Below, one piece after another: positions 1-9,500 of a stretch of DNA of 32,383 bases. Location of the stretch: the NCBI GenBank assembly GCA_040882375.1, contig JBBEBK010000054.1, positions 1 through 32,383 of the forward strand, given 5' to 3'. Origin of the DNA: Chloroflexota bacterium (lineage in GTDB: Bacteria; Chloroflexota; Limnocylindria; QHBO01). Position numbers and translations under genes: made by a program. Every line of letters starts with the position of its first letter. The first letter of the stretch is position 1. Under the pieces are notes generated by a model, which was not told the DNA's origin, searched no databases, and worked only from the letters and a program-made list of their open reading frames with translations.

Positions 1-520
1 CTACCGCGACGGATTCCGGTGGGCACTCGACCGACCCGGGACGCGGGCGGTGGTGCAGATGGATGCCGACTTCAGCCACGACCCTGTCGATCTGCCGCGC
101 CTCCTGACGCCCCTCATGCACGAGGCGGACCTGGTGCTCGGGACGCGCTATCTGCCGGGCGGTGGAACCGTCGGCTGGCCGCTGCACCGCAAGCTGATCA
201 GTCGGGCCGGCACCCTCTTTGCCCGGACGGTGCTGCTCCTCCCATATCGCGATCTGACCGGCGGCTTCAAGGCCTGGCGCCGCGAAGTGCTCGAAGCGGT
301 TCGGTTGCGCGAGTCGAGCGCGAGCGGGTATGGCTTCCAGGTCGAGACCACCTGGTGGGCGCACCATCGTGGCGCGAAGATCGTCCAGGTCCCGATCATC
401 TTCCGCGAGCGCGTGGCCGGCCGCTCGAAGATGCGCGGGGGGATCGTCGGCGAGGCGCTGCTGCTCGTCCTTCGTCTGCGCTGGGAGGCGATGCGTGACG
501 CCTTCCGCCGCTCCCGATGA
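1..520 (+). CDS. Polyprenol monophosphomannose synthase (DPM1/Ppm1-like GT2), 5'-truncated by window edge
   Basis: Frame is open from base 2 (YRDGFRWALDRPGTRAVVQMDADFSHDP). Contains QMDADFSH, ADLVLGTRY, DLTGGFKAWR, GYGFQVE, PIIFRERVAGRSKM, all typical of DPM1-like enzymes. Stop TGA at 518-520. Confidence 0.9.
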   Translation, partial: YRDGFRWALDRPGTRAVVQMDADFSHDPVDLPRLLTPLMHEADLVLGTRYLPGGGTVGWPLHRKLISRAGTLFARTVLLLPYRDLTGGFKAWRREVLEAVRLRESSASGYGFQVETTWWAHHRGAKIVQVPIIFRERVAGRSKMRGGIVGEALLLVLRLRWEAMRDAFRRSR

Positions 521-629
521 GTCGTGGACCAGCGTGGGCGATGGCAGTCGTGGCCCTCTTCGGCTAGCATGGCGCCTCGCCCGATGTTGACATCCCCCTC
601 TCCCGCCCTGCGGAGAACGCGCTGCCCCC

Positions 630-2357
630 ATGTCATTTCGTAGCCGACCGGTCCTCGACCGAAAACACCGTCCGCGCTGGCAGGACGAGCTGCGCAGTCA
701 GCAGCTCATCATCGGCGGCTTCGCGGTTGCCATTGCAGTCGCGGTCGGCATCTTCGGGGCCACCGTCTGGAACGATCATTACGGCGCGCACCTGCGCCAG
801 GTGGCGTATGTCAACGAACAGGCGTACACCGTCGACGACGTGACCAAGCGGATGGACGCGATCGGATCGGAGCTGCAGGCCGCCGGTCTCGATCTCCAGG
901 ACCAGCTGGGCGGGACGCGCGACTCGATCATCAACCAGCAGCTGAGCGTCGTCAGCGACCAGCTGAACGCCCTCCTCTCGACAGCGACCGAGTCGCTCGT
1001 GCTGGGCAATGCGCTGGGTCGCGAGGCGGGCGGGTACGGCCTGACCATCACCGCCGCCGAGCTCGATGCCGAGATCACGCGTCGGCAGTCGCTGCAGGAG
1101 CGGATGAAGCTGTCGGTCATCAGCGTTAATGTGCTGCCCGACGACGCGACGATCGGCGACACGCCGACCGACGCCGACTGGGCGCGCGCCGAAGCCGAGG
1201 CCGGCGCGATCTTCGCCGAACTGCAGGCAGGCGCCGACTTCGCCACGCTGGCGACCGAGAAGAGCGACGACCCGGCGGGCCCATTCGGTGGCCTCATCGG
1301 CTGGGTGCAGGAGGCGGACTTCCAGTACGCGGACTACTTTGCCGAGGTGACGGACGCGAATGCGGCCGCCGGCGCCCTGCTCGGCCCGACAAAGGATGAC
1401 ACCGGGTACCACATCCTGCGACTTGACGAGCGTCGCCCGGCCGGATCGGATCAGCAGCTGATCGACCTGCTCTCCACTGCCGGCGTGACCGACACCGAGT
1501 ATCGCGCCTACGTCCGCAGCGAGCTGCTCCGCCAGGAGTACCGTGACCACTTCGAGAACTCGGTGATGACTCGGTACCAGCCAGGGCGCAACGTGGCCCA
1601 GATCTTCATCGCTGCCGACCAAGGTGTCCCGATTCCGAAGCAGCGCGTGCGCCACTACCTGGCGCAGCCGATCCCCGGCGGCGAAGACCAGAGCGTGGCG
1701 ACCGACGACCAGTGGGCTGCCGCGCTGGAGCGAGCCAACGGCTTCCGTGACGAGGCACTCGAGCCCGATGCCGACTGGTACGTGATCGCCGCCGACAGCG
1801 ATGACCCCGGGAGCCGGTCGAAGGGCGGCGATCTGGGTTGGTATGACCCGACTTCGGGCAGCTTCGTCGCCGAATTCGAGGACGCCATCGCCGACCTGTC
1901 GGTTGGCGAGGTAAGCGAGCCGGTGAAGACGCAGTTCGGTTACCACGTCATCCAGGTCACCGATACTCGCACCACCGCGCAGGACCAGGCGGCCAAGCTG
2001 GTCGCGCGACTGCGCGACGACCCCGACGCCTTCGCCGAGGTGGCGAAGGAGCAGAGCGAGGACAGCAGCACCGCGGCCAAGGGCGGAGAACTCGGGTGGG
2101 TGATCCCGTACCAGCTCGAGGAGGACCTCAGCCACGCCATCTTCGAGATGAGGACCCCCGATCAGATCAGTGATGTGATCGAGACCGGGAACGGGTTCTG
2201 GATCTTCAAGCTGATCGACACCTCGGACCTTCGCTGGGTGCCCAAACCGCAGATCGAGCGCGTGCGGCAGTCCGGATTCACTCGCTGGATCGCCGAGGTG
2301 CGCTCGCAGTCCCAGATCTGGGTCGATCCCGACTTCACGGCATCCAGCGCCGCCTGA
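630..2357 (+). CDS. Membrane-anchored peptidyl-prolyl isomerase/foldase (PrsA/SurA-like) with three parvulin (PpiC) domains
   Basis: N-terminal TM helix ([19 protein letters not shown]). Three parvulin signatures: [78 protein letters not shown]. Confidence 0.9.
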   Translation: MSFRSRPVLDRKHRPRWQDELRSQQLIIGGFAVAIAVAVGIFGATVWNDHYGAHLRQVAYVNEQAYTVDDVTKRMDAIGSELQAAGLDLQDQLGGTRDSIINQQLSVVSDQLNALLSTATESLVLGNALGREAGGYGLTITAAELDAEITRRQSLQERMKLSVISVNVLPDDATIGDTPTDADWARAEAEAGAIFAELQAGADFATLATEKSDDPAGPFGGLIGWVQEADFQYADYFAEVTDANAAAGALLGPTKDDTGYHILRLDERRPAGSDQQLIDLLSTAGVTDTEYRAYVRSELLRQEYRDHFENSVMTRYQPGRNVAQIFIAADQGVPIPKQRVRHYLAQPIPGGEDQSVATDDQWAAALERANGFRDEALEPDADWYVIAADSDDPGSRSKGGDLGWYDPTSGSFVAEFEDAIADLSVGEVSEPVKTQFGYHVIQVTDTRTTAQDQAAKLVARLRDDPDAFAEVAKEQSEDSSTAAKGGELGWVIPYQLEEDLSHAIFEMRTPDQISDVIETGNGFWIFKLIDTSDLRWVPKPQIERVRQSGFTRWIAEVRSQSQIWVDPDFTASSAA

Positions 2358-2368
2358 GGCCGGGAAGC

Positions 2369-3508
2369 GTGGCGTCGTCACCCGGCGTCGACGAGCTCCT
2401 CGCGTCAGCGGGACTCGACCCGGCCGACGGGGTCCAGCTGGCATCGGTCGCTCGACTGGCTGCCATTCCCTTCGACCCCTCGATCCCGCTCGTCCTGCTC
2501 GCCTCTCCCGGAGCGGGCTCCCCGGCCCCGGATGAAGCTGAGCCGGCGATTCTGCCGGGACGGCACGCGCGGGCGAGTGCGCACGCGGTGCTGGCAGCCC
2601 TCTACCCGCCGGGACACGCGCTGCGCGCGCTGCCAGGGGGCGTGACCGCGGCCCTCGAAACCCTCACCGACGAGCAGCTGGCCGCCGGCGACTGGCTGGT
2701 GCCTCCCCTGCCCCTGGTGGACAACCTCGCATCGCCGCACGGCATGGCCGCCATCTCCGCACGGTTGCGCGCCCCGAACGGGTGCCCGTGGGATCGCAGG
2801 CAGACGCATGCCAGCCTCCGCCCGTTCGTGCTGGAGGAGGCCTACGAGCTGGTCGACGCGATCGAGCGAGGCGGGCCGGCAGAGCTGGCCGAGGAGCTTG
2901 GTGACCTCTTCCTGCAGATCATCCTGCACGCGCAGCTCGCAGCGGAGGAGGGCACCTTCGACCTGACCGATGTCTACCGCACCCTCGGCGCCAAGATCAT
3001 CCGGCGCCACCCGCACGTGTTCGGGGACGTGGAGGTGAGCGGCGCGGAGGAGGTGCTGCGCAATTGGGAGACGATCAAGGCCGCCGAACGGACCGATGCC
3101 GGGCACGAGCCGTCCGCCTTCGCCGGCATTGCCCGTGCCCTGCCCGCGCTTGCCGCCAGCCGCGAGATCCAGGAGCGGGCCTCGTCCCTTGGCTGGGACT
3201 GGCCGGCGATCGACGGCGTCTGGGAGAAGGTGGCAGAGGAGCTCGACGAGCTGCACCGGGCCGGGACGACCGAGGGCGACGCGGGTCGCGATGAGCAATT
3301 GCATGAGTTCGGCGATGTCCTCTTCGCGGCGGTCAACCTGGCGCGCTGGATGAGGCTCGACCCCGAAGAGGCGCTTCGCGCTGCCAACCACCGCTGGGTC
3401 GAGCGCTATGCGCGCGTCGAGGCGCTGGCGACCGAGCGTGGCCTGGCGCTCGCCGAACTCGACCCCGACGCCAAGGATCGACTGTGGAACGAGGTGAAGG
3501 CCCGATGA
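2369..3508 (+). CDS. mazG: MazG-family nucleoside triphosphate pyrophosphohydrolase with ~120-aa N-terminal extension (YabN-like remnant)
   Basis: LRAPNGCPWDRRQTH, LEEAYELVDAI, EELGDLFLQI, IRRHPHVF, NWETIK, plus second MazG domain KVAEELDEL..EFGDVLFA. GTG start 11 nt after the PPIase stop. Confidence 0.92.
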   Translation: MASSPGVDELLASAGLDPADGVQLASVARLAAIPFDPSIPLVLLASPGAGSPAPDEAEPAILPGRHARASAHAVLAALYPPGHALRALPGGVTAALETLTDEQLAAGDWLVPPLPLVDNLASPHGMAAISARLRAPNGCPWDRRQTHASLRPFVLEEAYELVDAIERGGPAELAEELGDLFLQIILHAQLAAEEGTFDLTDVYRTLGAKIIRRHPHVFGDVEVSGAEEVLRNWETIKAAERTDAGHEPSAFAGIARALPALAASREIQERASSLGWDWPAIDGVWEKVAEELDELHRAGTTEGDAGRDEQLHEFGDVLFAAVNLARWMRLDPEEALRAANHRWVERYARVEALATERGLALAELDPDAKDRLWNEVKAR

Positions 3509-4677
3509 GCCGCCTGGCCATGGTTGCCCACGCGCTCTATCCCGGCGATCCGCGCCTGCGGCGCCAGGCCGATGCGCTGGCCAGGGCGGGGCACGAGATC
3601 GACCTGTTCGTCCTGCGTGCCGACGGCGAGGAAGCCGAGGAACAGTTCGGCTCAGTGCGGGTGGTCCGCCTGCCAGTCAGCCGCGCCTTCAGCGGGTTCG
3701 CCGGCCACGTGGCCGAGTACCTCGCCTTCGGCGGGATCGCAGCCATCCGGCTGGCGCGCGAGCACCGTCGCCGGCGCTATCGGCTGGTGCAGGTCGCGAC
3801 CGTTCCGGACGTCCTTGCCTTCGCGGCCGCGCCGTTGCGCCTCGCCGGGGTGCCGCTGTTGCTCGACCTGCACGAGGACATGCCCGAGTTCTACCGGGAC
3901 CGCTTCGGCCGCGGCGTGCGACGCGCCCTGCTGCCGCTGGTATCCGGTGCCGCTCGTGCCTCGGCAGCGGTTGCCGACGAGCTGATCACCGTCCACGAGC
4001 CGCTGCGGCAGTTGTCGATTGCGCGCGGCGTCTCGCCGGACAGGATCTCGGTGGTCATGAACAGCGCCGATCCCCGGCTCTTCGACCCCAGGCACCACCC
4101 GCGCCGCGCGTTCATGGAGGACGGTGAGCTGCGCCTGATCCATCATTCCAGCCTGCAACGGACCTACGGCGCTGAGGTGCTCGTCGAGGCGGTCGCCAGC
4201 ATCGGCGACGCACTTCCGCTACGCCTTGACATCTACGGTGACGGGCCGTACCGCGGCGCGCTGGAGGCGGCCGTGGCGCGAACCGGCACGGCGGACAGGG
4301 TACGAATCAACGGACCGGTGCCGATGGACGATCTGCCCGCGCTGATCGCCGGTGCCGATATCGGTCTGGTGCCGACCCTCCCCGAGCCGTATCTGCAGTA
4401 CTCCCTCTCCACCAAGCTCCTCGAACTGGCGGCCATGGGCACGCCGGTGATCGCCAGCGATCTCTCCACCTTCCGGGCCCACTTCACCGATGACGCCATG
4501 CGGTTCGTCCCCGGCGGCGACCCGAACGCGCTCGCGGCAGCAATCCTCGCCCTGGCAGCCGATCCTGTGGCAGCGGCCGCTCTGGGCCGCGAAGCGAAGC
4601 GTCAGGCTGCCGCGTACGACTGGGACGAACAGGCTGCCCGCTACCTGGCGATCGTCGAACGGCTCATGGCACGCTAG
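3505..4677 (+). CDS. Glycosyltransferase family 4 (390 aa)
   Basis: ATGA overlap with the mazG stop. YPGDPRLRRQADAL, LDLHEDMPE, ADIGLVP..STKLLELAAMGTPVIASD, YDW motifs. Confidence 0.88.
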   Translation: MSRLAMVAHALYPGDPRLRRQADALARAGHEIDLFVLRADGEEAEEQFGSVRVVRLPVSRAFSGFAGHVAEYLAFGGIAAIRLAREHRRRRYRLVQVATVPDVLAFAAAPLRLAGVPLLLDLHEDMPEFYRDRFGRGVRRALLPLVSGAARASAAVADELITVHEPLRQLSIARGVSPDRISVVMNSADPRLFDPRHHPRRAFMEDGELRLIHHSSLQRTYGAEVLVEAVASIGDALPLRLDIYGDGPYRGALEAAVARTGTADRVRINGPVPMDDLPALIAGADIGLVPTLPEPYLQYSLSTKLLELAAMGTPVIASDLSTFRAHFTDDAMRFVPGGDPNALAAAILALAADPVAAAALGREAKRQAAAYDWDEQAARYLAIVERLMAR

Positions 4678-4680
4678 GAT
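4675..4680 (+). promoter_or_regulatory. Putative -10 element (TAGGAT) for tRNA-Pro, overlapping the GT4 stop codon
   Basis: TAnnnT hexamer ending 9 nt before the mature tRNA 5' end. No convincing -35. Confidence 0.5.
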
Positions 4681-4689
4681 CTGACCCGG

Positions 4690-4766
4690 CGGGGCGTGGC
4701 GCAGCCTGGCAGCGCGCCTGCTTTGGGAGCAGGAGGTCGCCCGTTCGAATCGGGCCGCCCCGACCA
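4690..4766 (+). tRNA. tRNA-Pro (anticodon TGG)
   Basis: Cloverleaf: acceptor CGGGGCG/CGCCCCG, D-stem GCGC/GCGC, anticodon stem CCTGC/GCAGG with loop TTTGGGA, T-arm GCCCG-TTCGAAT-CGGGC, discriminator A, encoded CCA. 77 nt. Confidence 0.97.
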
Positions 4767-4797
4767 CTTCGCACTGATGGAGGAGTCCGCCCGACTG

Positions 4798-5496
4798 ATG
4801 GCCTTCGATCCCCATGTCCGCCAGGGACCGACCGCATCGGTGTCAGTTCCCATCGCGCCGACACCGCTCGGCTACCGCGTCGCGAAGCGCACCCTGGACA
4901 TCGTCGCCTCGTCGCTCGGCCTGCTGGTGGCCTCGCCGGTCCTGGCCGCAGTCGCCGTTGCCATCATCGTCGAATCGGGCGGCCCGATCCTCTTCCGCCA
5001 GCAGCGCCTGGGCGTCGGCGGGCGCCCGTTCACGGTCTACAAGTTCCGCAGCATGTTCTCGGCCGCCGATCAGGGGAGCCACGAGGCGCACGTGCGCGAC
5101 CTGATCCGCGGCGACGGCGTCGAAGCTGAGAGCGCCGAGGCGGTCTGGGTTCCTATCGCGGCGGATCCGCGCGTCACGCGGCTTGGTGCCTTTCTGCGCC
5201 GTTCGCACCTGGACGAACTGCCCCAGCTGATCAACATCGTCCGCGGCGACATGAGCCTGGTCGGGCCCCGCCCGCCGATCCCGTATGAAGTCGAGGTCTA
5301 CGAGGAACGGCACCTGCGCCGCCTCTCGGTTATGCCCGGATTGACAGGTCTCTGGCAGGCGACCGCCTGGGGCAAGGTGAGCTTCGACGAAGGGGTCGCG
5401 CTCGACCTGGCCTACATCGATCGGCGCTCCTTCTGGTTCGACCTGGGGCTCATCCTCCGCACGCTCGGGCAGATCGTCACCGGCCGCCAGTTCTAG
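4798..5496 (+). CDS. Monotopic phosphoglycosyl transferase (bacterial sugar transferase, PglC-like), 232 aa
   Basis: [51 protein letters not shown]. Start placed at ATG 4798 behind GGAGGAG (alternative ATG 4777). The longer track ORF overlaps the tRNA and is rejected. Confidence 0.9.
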   Translation: MAFDPHVRQGPTASVSVPIAPTPLGYRVAKRTLDIVASSLGLLVASPVLAAVAVAIIVESGGPILFRQQRLGVGGRPFTVYKFRSMFSAADQGSHEAHVRDLIRGDGVEAESAEAVWVPIAADPRVTRLGAFLRRSHLDELPQLINIVRGDMSLVGPRPPIPYEVEVYEERHLRRLSVMPGLTGLWQATAWGKVSFDEGVALDLAYIDRRSFWFDLGLILRTLGQIVTGRQF

Positions 5497-6962
5497 GTCT
5501 CCGGGTCGGACGCGACGGCGAGCAGCGAGCCGATTCCCAGGAGCAGCCAGAAGAGGAACGCCATGCTGTTGGCCTCCAGCAGCATGGTGGTCAGCGAATT
5601 GATGGTCAGCGCCGCCAGTGCCCCCGCGCTTGCGGCCAACATCAGTCGCCGCGGCCCCGACGCGCCGCGGGCGCTGCGGAGCATCGGTCGCACGGTCGCG
5701 CCAACCATCCCCGCGAACACCACCAGCCCGACCACGCCGCTCTCGACCAGCAGGTGCAGCCAGAAGTCGTCCACCGTGCGCTGGGTGGGGTTCACGAAGA
5801 GCGTATCGGTCCGGTAGGCGGCATAGACCGGCGTCCCGAAGATGTCCGCGGCCGCACCGCCGTAGCGGCCCGGGCCAACGCCAAGCACCGGATGGTCGCC
5901 GATGATGGGCAGCGCGTTGAGGACGAAGAGGGTGCGCAGGTCCCGCCCCTCGCCGATGGTGTCGAATCGGCCGAAGGTCGAACCGAACAGGTCGGGTCGC
6001 TCGTCGCAGGTATCGCACAGCAGATTGCGCGGCATGACCATGGCCGCCGCGAAGGTGACGACCGCCAGCAGGAGGCCGATCCGCAGGGCCCGACGGTCGA
6101 GCAGGAGTGCAGCAATCGTGAAGCCACCCACGGCGCCCAGCCAGCCGCCGCGCGAGAACGAGAGCCACAGCGCCAGCATCAGCAGCGCCGCCCCGGCCAG
6201 TGCGAGCCGGCGGCCGCGCGGCGATGCAAGGCCGGTGGCCCCGAAGATCGCGAACGGGATCGCGACCGAGAGGAAGGCGGCCAGGGTGTTGGGATCGCCG
6301 AAGAAGGCGGCCAGGCGGTAGAGCTCACCAAAGCGGCCCGTCAGGGCAGAGAGTCCCAGCAGATGGGGCGACAGCACCGCCTGCGCCACGGCGACGAGAG
6401 CGGCCGCAAGGGCCAGGGCGATCACCCAGCCGATGGCGGTCCTCGCCTGTCGCGGCGTGAATCCCACGATCCGCGCCAGCACGAACAGGGCGACCGCATC
6501 GAGCGTGAAGCCGATTCCGGCCACCGCCTGGACGGCCGGCACCCCGTTCACCACCGCCGACGCGAGCGACAGCAGCACGAAGCCGAAGGCCAGCCCGACG
6601 GTCGGGTGAACGAGTGCGGTGCGCAGCGTCCCGCGACGCCATGCCTGGAAGACGAGGACGCTGCCCACGCCGACCAGCAGTGCCTCCGACAGGAAATGGG
6701 TCAGCGTCTCCGCTGCTGGGGTGAGCAACCCGGGGATCAGGTAGCGATCCAGGATCGGCGACAGAGCCACCAGCACGAGGATCGTTCGCGGCCAGACGAG
6801 CGAGGCGACCGACGCCACCACCACCAGCCCCAGGGCGGCGCCCGTAAAGACCACCGTCGAGACGTGCGAGCCCGCGATGAGCAGGAGTGTCAACCCGACG
6901 GCCGCGGCTACCGTCAGCGGTGCCGCGATTGCCGGGCGCCGCGCGTGCTCCGCCGCACTCAT
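5493..6962 (-). CDS. O-antigen ligase/Wzy_C-like polytopic membrane protein (489 aa)
   Basis: Many TM segments. RLAAFFGDPNTLAAFL, LSFSRGGWLG, HPVLGVGPGRYG, VDDFWLHLLVESGVVG. ATG 6962 overlaps the upstream stop (ATGA). Confidence 0.85.
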   Translation of the reverse strand: MSAAEHARRPAIAAPLTVAAAVGLTLLLIAGSHVSTVVFTGAALGLVVVASVASLVWPRTILVLVALSPILDRYLIPGLLTPAAETLTHFLSEALLVGVGSVLVFQAWRRGTLRTALVHPTVGLAFGFVLLSLASAVVNGVPAVQAVAGIGFTLDAVALFVLARIVGFTPRQARTAIGWVIALALAAALVAVAQAVLSPHLLGLSALTGRFGELYRLAAFFGDPNTLAAFLSVAIPFAIFGATGLASPRGRRLALAGAALLMLALWLSFSRGGWLGAVGGFTIAALLLDRRALRIGLLLAVVTFAAAMVMPRNLLCDTCDERPDLFGSTFGRFDTIGEGRDLRTLFVLNALPIIGDHPVLGVGPGRYGGAAADIFGTPVYAAYRTDTLFVNPTQRTVDDFWLHLLVESGVVGLVVFAGMVGATVRPMLRSARGASGPRRLMLAASAGALAALTINSLTTMLLEANSMAFLFWLLLGIGSLLAVASDPET

Positions 6963-8038
6963 CGCGCCATCTTGAGCGCGCGCAGGATGCTCTCTGCCCG
7001 CGCGTCCCACGAGTTGGCCGCCGCCGCGCGTCGAGCCGCAGCTCCCCAGGCTGCGAGCTGGGCGGGCGGTGCCTCGGCGACCAGTGCAATGCCGTCGGCA
7101 AGTCCCTCCGCGGTATCGGGGACGACCACCCCGCATTGGGCGGCTCGCACGATCGCGGCCGTCTCGGTGGTATCGGTCACCACCAGCGGGCGTCCGTAGC
7201 CCAGATACTCCATGACCTTGATCGGCACTGCCAGGTCGTTGTATGGGGTCTTGCGGCGGGGCGTGATGCTGGCCAGCACCCCGGGAAGGAGCGCGTCGAT
7301 CTCACGACCCTCGGCGCGCACCACACGCAGCCAGGAGGGGAGCGGGCCGGGCGGCTCGTCTCCAGCGCGTGCGACACAGATCAGCTCTACCGGGTTCCCC
7401 CGGGCGCGCACCAACTCCATTGCCTCGAGGAGGATCGCGCCGCCGTGGGCTTGGTAGCGCAGGCTCCCGACGAAGAGCAGGCTGCGTGCCGTCGGATCGA
7501 CCGGCGGCGCCTCGGCTAGCCGCGATCCGGGCGGCAGTAACCGAGGCTCCTCGCTCCCGCGTTGGTCGCCGAGCACGACGTCTGCCAGCCCGCGGGACGG
7601 GAAGGCGACGGTCGTTGAAAGCTGCATGAGGGCGCGGGTGGCCGGCAGGAAGAGAACTCGGGACAAGCGCCGCTTCAACGTGGCAGCTTCGTAGTACTCG
7701 GGAAAGAGCTGCTGAGCATCACGCACGTACGTCAGGATCGGGATCCCTCGGGCGCGCGCGATCGCGAGGAAGACGAGGTCGGCCGGGCCGGGCAGGGTTG
7801 TTGCGTTCTCGACGTAGATCCCCGCCAATCCGCGCACCCGGCCGCCCGCGAGGTAAGTGGCAAATCCGCGCGCCCTCCTGGTGCGCGTTCCAGAGATGAC
7901 ATCAAGGTCGATGCGGCGGGCCAGCGCGTCGCGGAGCTGCGTAATGCGCGTGGTGGCGCCCCACAGGCCGCGGTCGAGCGGGTACATCGAAACGAGCAGC
8001 AGCCACTGTCTGCCTTCCCGCCCGGCTGTGCCCGTCAC
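6959..8038 (-). CDS. Glycosyltransferase (GT4/GT-B fold), 359 aa
   Basis: LLFVGSL, NDLAVPIKVMEYLGYGRPLVVT, NSWDARA. GTGA overlap with the LCP stop. Confidence 0.82.
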   Translation of the reverse strand: MTGTAGREGRQWLLLVSMYPLDRGLWGATTRITQLRDALARRIDLDVISGTRTRRARGFATYLAGGRVRGLAGIYVENATTLPGPADLVFLAIARARGIPILTYVRDAQQLFPEYYEAATLKRRLSRVLFLPATRALMQLSTTVAFPSRGLADVVLGDQRGSEEPRLLPPGSRLAEAPPVDPTARSLLFVGSLRYQAHGGAILLEAMELVRARGNPVELICVARAGDEPPGPLPSWLRVVRAEGREIDALLPGVLASITPRRKTPYNDLAVPIKVMEYLGYGRPLVVTDTTETAAIVRAAQCGVVVPDTAEGLADGIALVAEAPPAQLAAWGAAARRAAAANSWDARAESILRALKMAR

Positions 8039-9450
8039 GGGCCTACCGCGGGCGGGCCTTCGGCTTCGCTGCCGAGATACCAGCCCTCCAGCTCCTGACC
8101 GAAGAGCCGCTGCACCTCGGCTCGCACGTCACTGCGGCGAGGGATCAGGAGATAGTTGACCAGGGGTTCCAGGGGCGGGTCGACAAACTCGGGATACCCG
8201 AGCACCACCCGCTTGATATCGGGCCCGGTGATGAGCGGCAGGAGGCTGGCGAGATCGCCCGCCAGCGAGCGAGGGAAATCGGTCTCCACCGTGCTGCCGA
8301 TGGCGGTCACGATGGCGGGAAATTCGAAGAACAGATCGGCCTTCGCAAACTCTTGGCGCAGCTCAAGGAGCACTTTCTGCTGTCGCTCCGAGCGCATGAA
8401 ATCGTTCTGGTATTCGCGCGTCCCGTCCGGGAGCTCGATCCACCCCTTCCGGACGCGTGCATAGGCCAGCGCATGGACGCCATCGTAGTGCGCGCAGCCG
8501 CCAGGCAGTTCGATCCCGACCCCGGTCCAGGTGGGTCCGCCGTACTCGGGATCGATCATCGGTCCCGGAAGACACAGGGTTACGCCGCCGACCGCGTCGA
8601 TCAGGTCGACGAACCCCTGCAGGTCGACCGTCGCGTAGTACTGGATCGAGATCCCCAGGTAGAGGCCGATCGCTCGTTCGAGCGTGCGCAGGCCGCAGCT
8701 CGCGGGATCGATCACCTCGTCGGGGCACCAGATCTCCGGCGCGTCGCTCGCCTCGGTCGAGAGCCCGTTGATCTTGTAGGGGTACAGGCCGTCGGGGTAG
8801 ACCGACCGATCCGGGAGCGGCACGAAACCGGTGTCACGCGGAACCGAGACCATGATTGCCGAGCCGGCCACCGGGTCCACGCTCACCACCAGGATCGTGT
8901 CGGTGAGCGCCTCGTCGCGCCCCACGCCCGAGTCGACGCCGAGCAACAGGAAGGTGATCCGCTCGGTGCCGTCCCACCGATAGGTCGGCCGGTTGAGCGG
9001 GCCACCCCCACCGGGCGCGCCGGTCTGCCCGTTCCCGCCCCCGAATACCTCGCCAAGTGAGGCGTTCAACTGCCCGATGAGCATCCCGGCCCACGCGTGC
9101 ATGCCGACCGTGGTGGCCAGCAGCGCGACCACGAGGACGACCGACATCGCGCGCCGCGTCCCGTGGCCGTGCTCCCGACGCAGGCCGACATGGCCGATCG
9201 CGCCGACTCGCCACGCCCCGATCGCCACGTTCGCCACGACGAGGCCAAGGAGCACGGGCGCGGAGAGGAGTTCGTTGAGCAGCTGCTCGTCGAGCGCGAT
9301 TGCCGTGGTGATGGCGCCCAGCGCCGCCACGGCGATGGGGGCGGCGAACAGCAGCGCCGCTCGTCGTTCGCCGAGATACGCCTGGCCGAGCCCGGGGAAG
9401 AGAAACGAGAGGAGAGCGGCGATCGCGGCGGGGCGCGGGCGGTCCGTCAT
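8035..9450 (-). CDS. LCP (LytR-CpsA-Psr) family glycopolymer transferase with multi-TM N-terminus (471 aa)
   Basis: ITFLLLGVD, LTDTILVVSVDP, SVPRDT, KING, YYATVDLQGFVDLIDAVGGV, ALAYARVRK, DFMRSERQQKVL. Start set at ATG 9450 (AGGTG upstream). Confidence 0.9.
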   Translation of the reverse strand: MTDRPRPAAIAALLSFLFPGLGQAYLGERRAALLFAAPIAVAALGAITTAIALDEQLLNELLSAPVLLGLVVANVAIGAWRVGAIGHVGLRREHGHGTRRAMSVVLVVALLATTVGMHAWAGMLIGQLNASLGEVFGGGNGQTGAPGGGGPLNRPTYRWDGTERITFLLLGVDSGVGRDEALTDTILVVSVDPVAGSAIMVSVPRDTGFVPLPDRSVYPDGLYPYKINGLSTEASDAPEIWCPDEVIDPASCGLRTLERAIGLYLGISIQYYATVDLQGFVDLIDAVGGVTLCLPGPMIDPEYGGPTWTGVGIELPGGCAHYDGVHALAYARVRKGWIELPDGTREYQNDFMRSERQQKVLLELRQEFAKADLFFEFPAIVTAIGSTVETDFPRSLAGDLASLLPLITGPDIKRVVLGYPEFVDPPLEPLVNYLLIPRRSDVRAEVQRLFGQELEGWYLGSEAEGPPAVGP

Positions 9451-9491
9451 GGCACCTGTAGATGGACGTCGGGGAGGCGGGCGGGGACCTG

Positions 9492-9500
9492 ATTCTAGCA
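9492..9500 (-). promoter_or_regulatory. Extended -10 promoter (TGcTAGAAT) for the LCP-GT-ligase operon
   Basis: TGn+TAGAAT on the minus strand, ~40 nt upstream of ATG 9450. Confidence 0.55.

Noticed and set aside
633-2444. Long antisense ORFs (633-2444, 5754-7199, 14975-16837, 22417-23787, 28515-30446 and many shorter ones)
   Set aside because: Shadow frames of well-supported genes in high-GC DNA. No family motifs; Arg/Pro/Gly-biased composition.
4696-4797. N-terminal extension of the sugar transferase ORF (MAQPGSAPALG...)
   Set aside because: It is a translation of the tRNA-Pro gene. The true start lies downstream of the CCA.
4970-4980. TCGAATCGGGC identical to part of the tRNA T-arm (4745-4755), a possible att-site duplication
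   Set aside because: Only 11 bp, inside conserved coding sequence (VESGGPI). No integrase or island boundary is seen.
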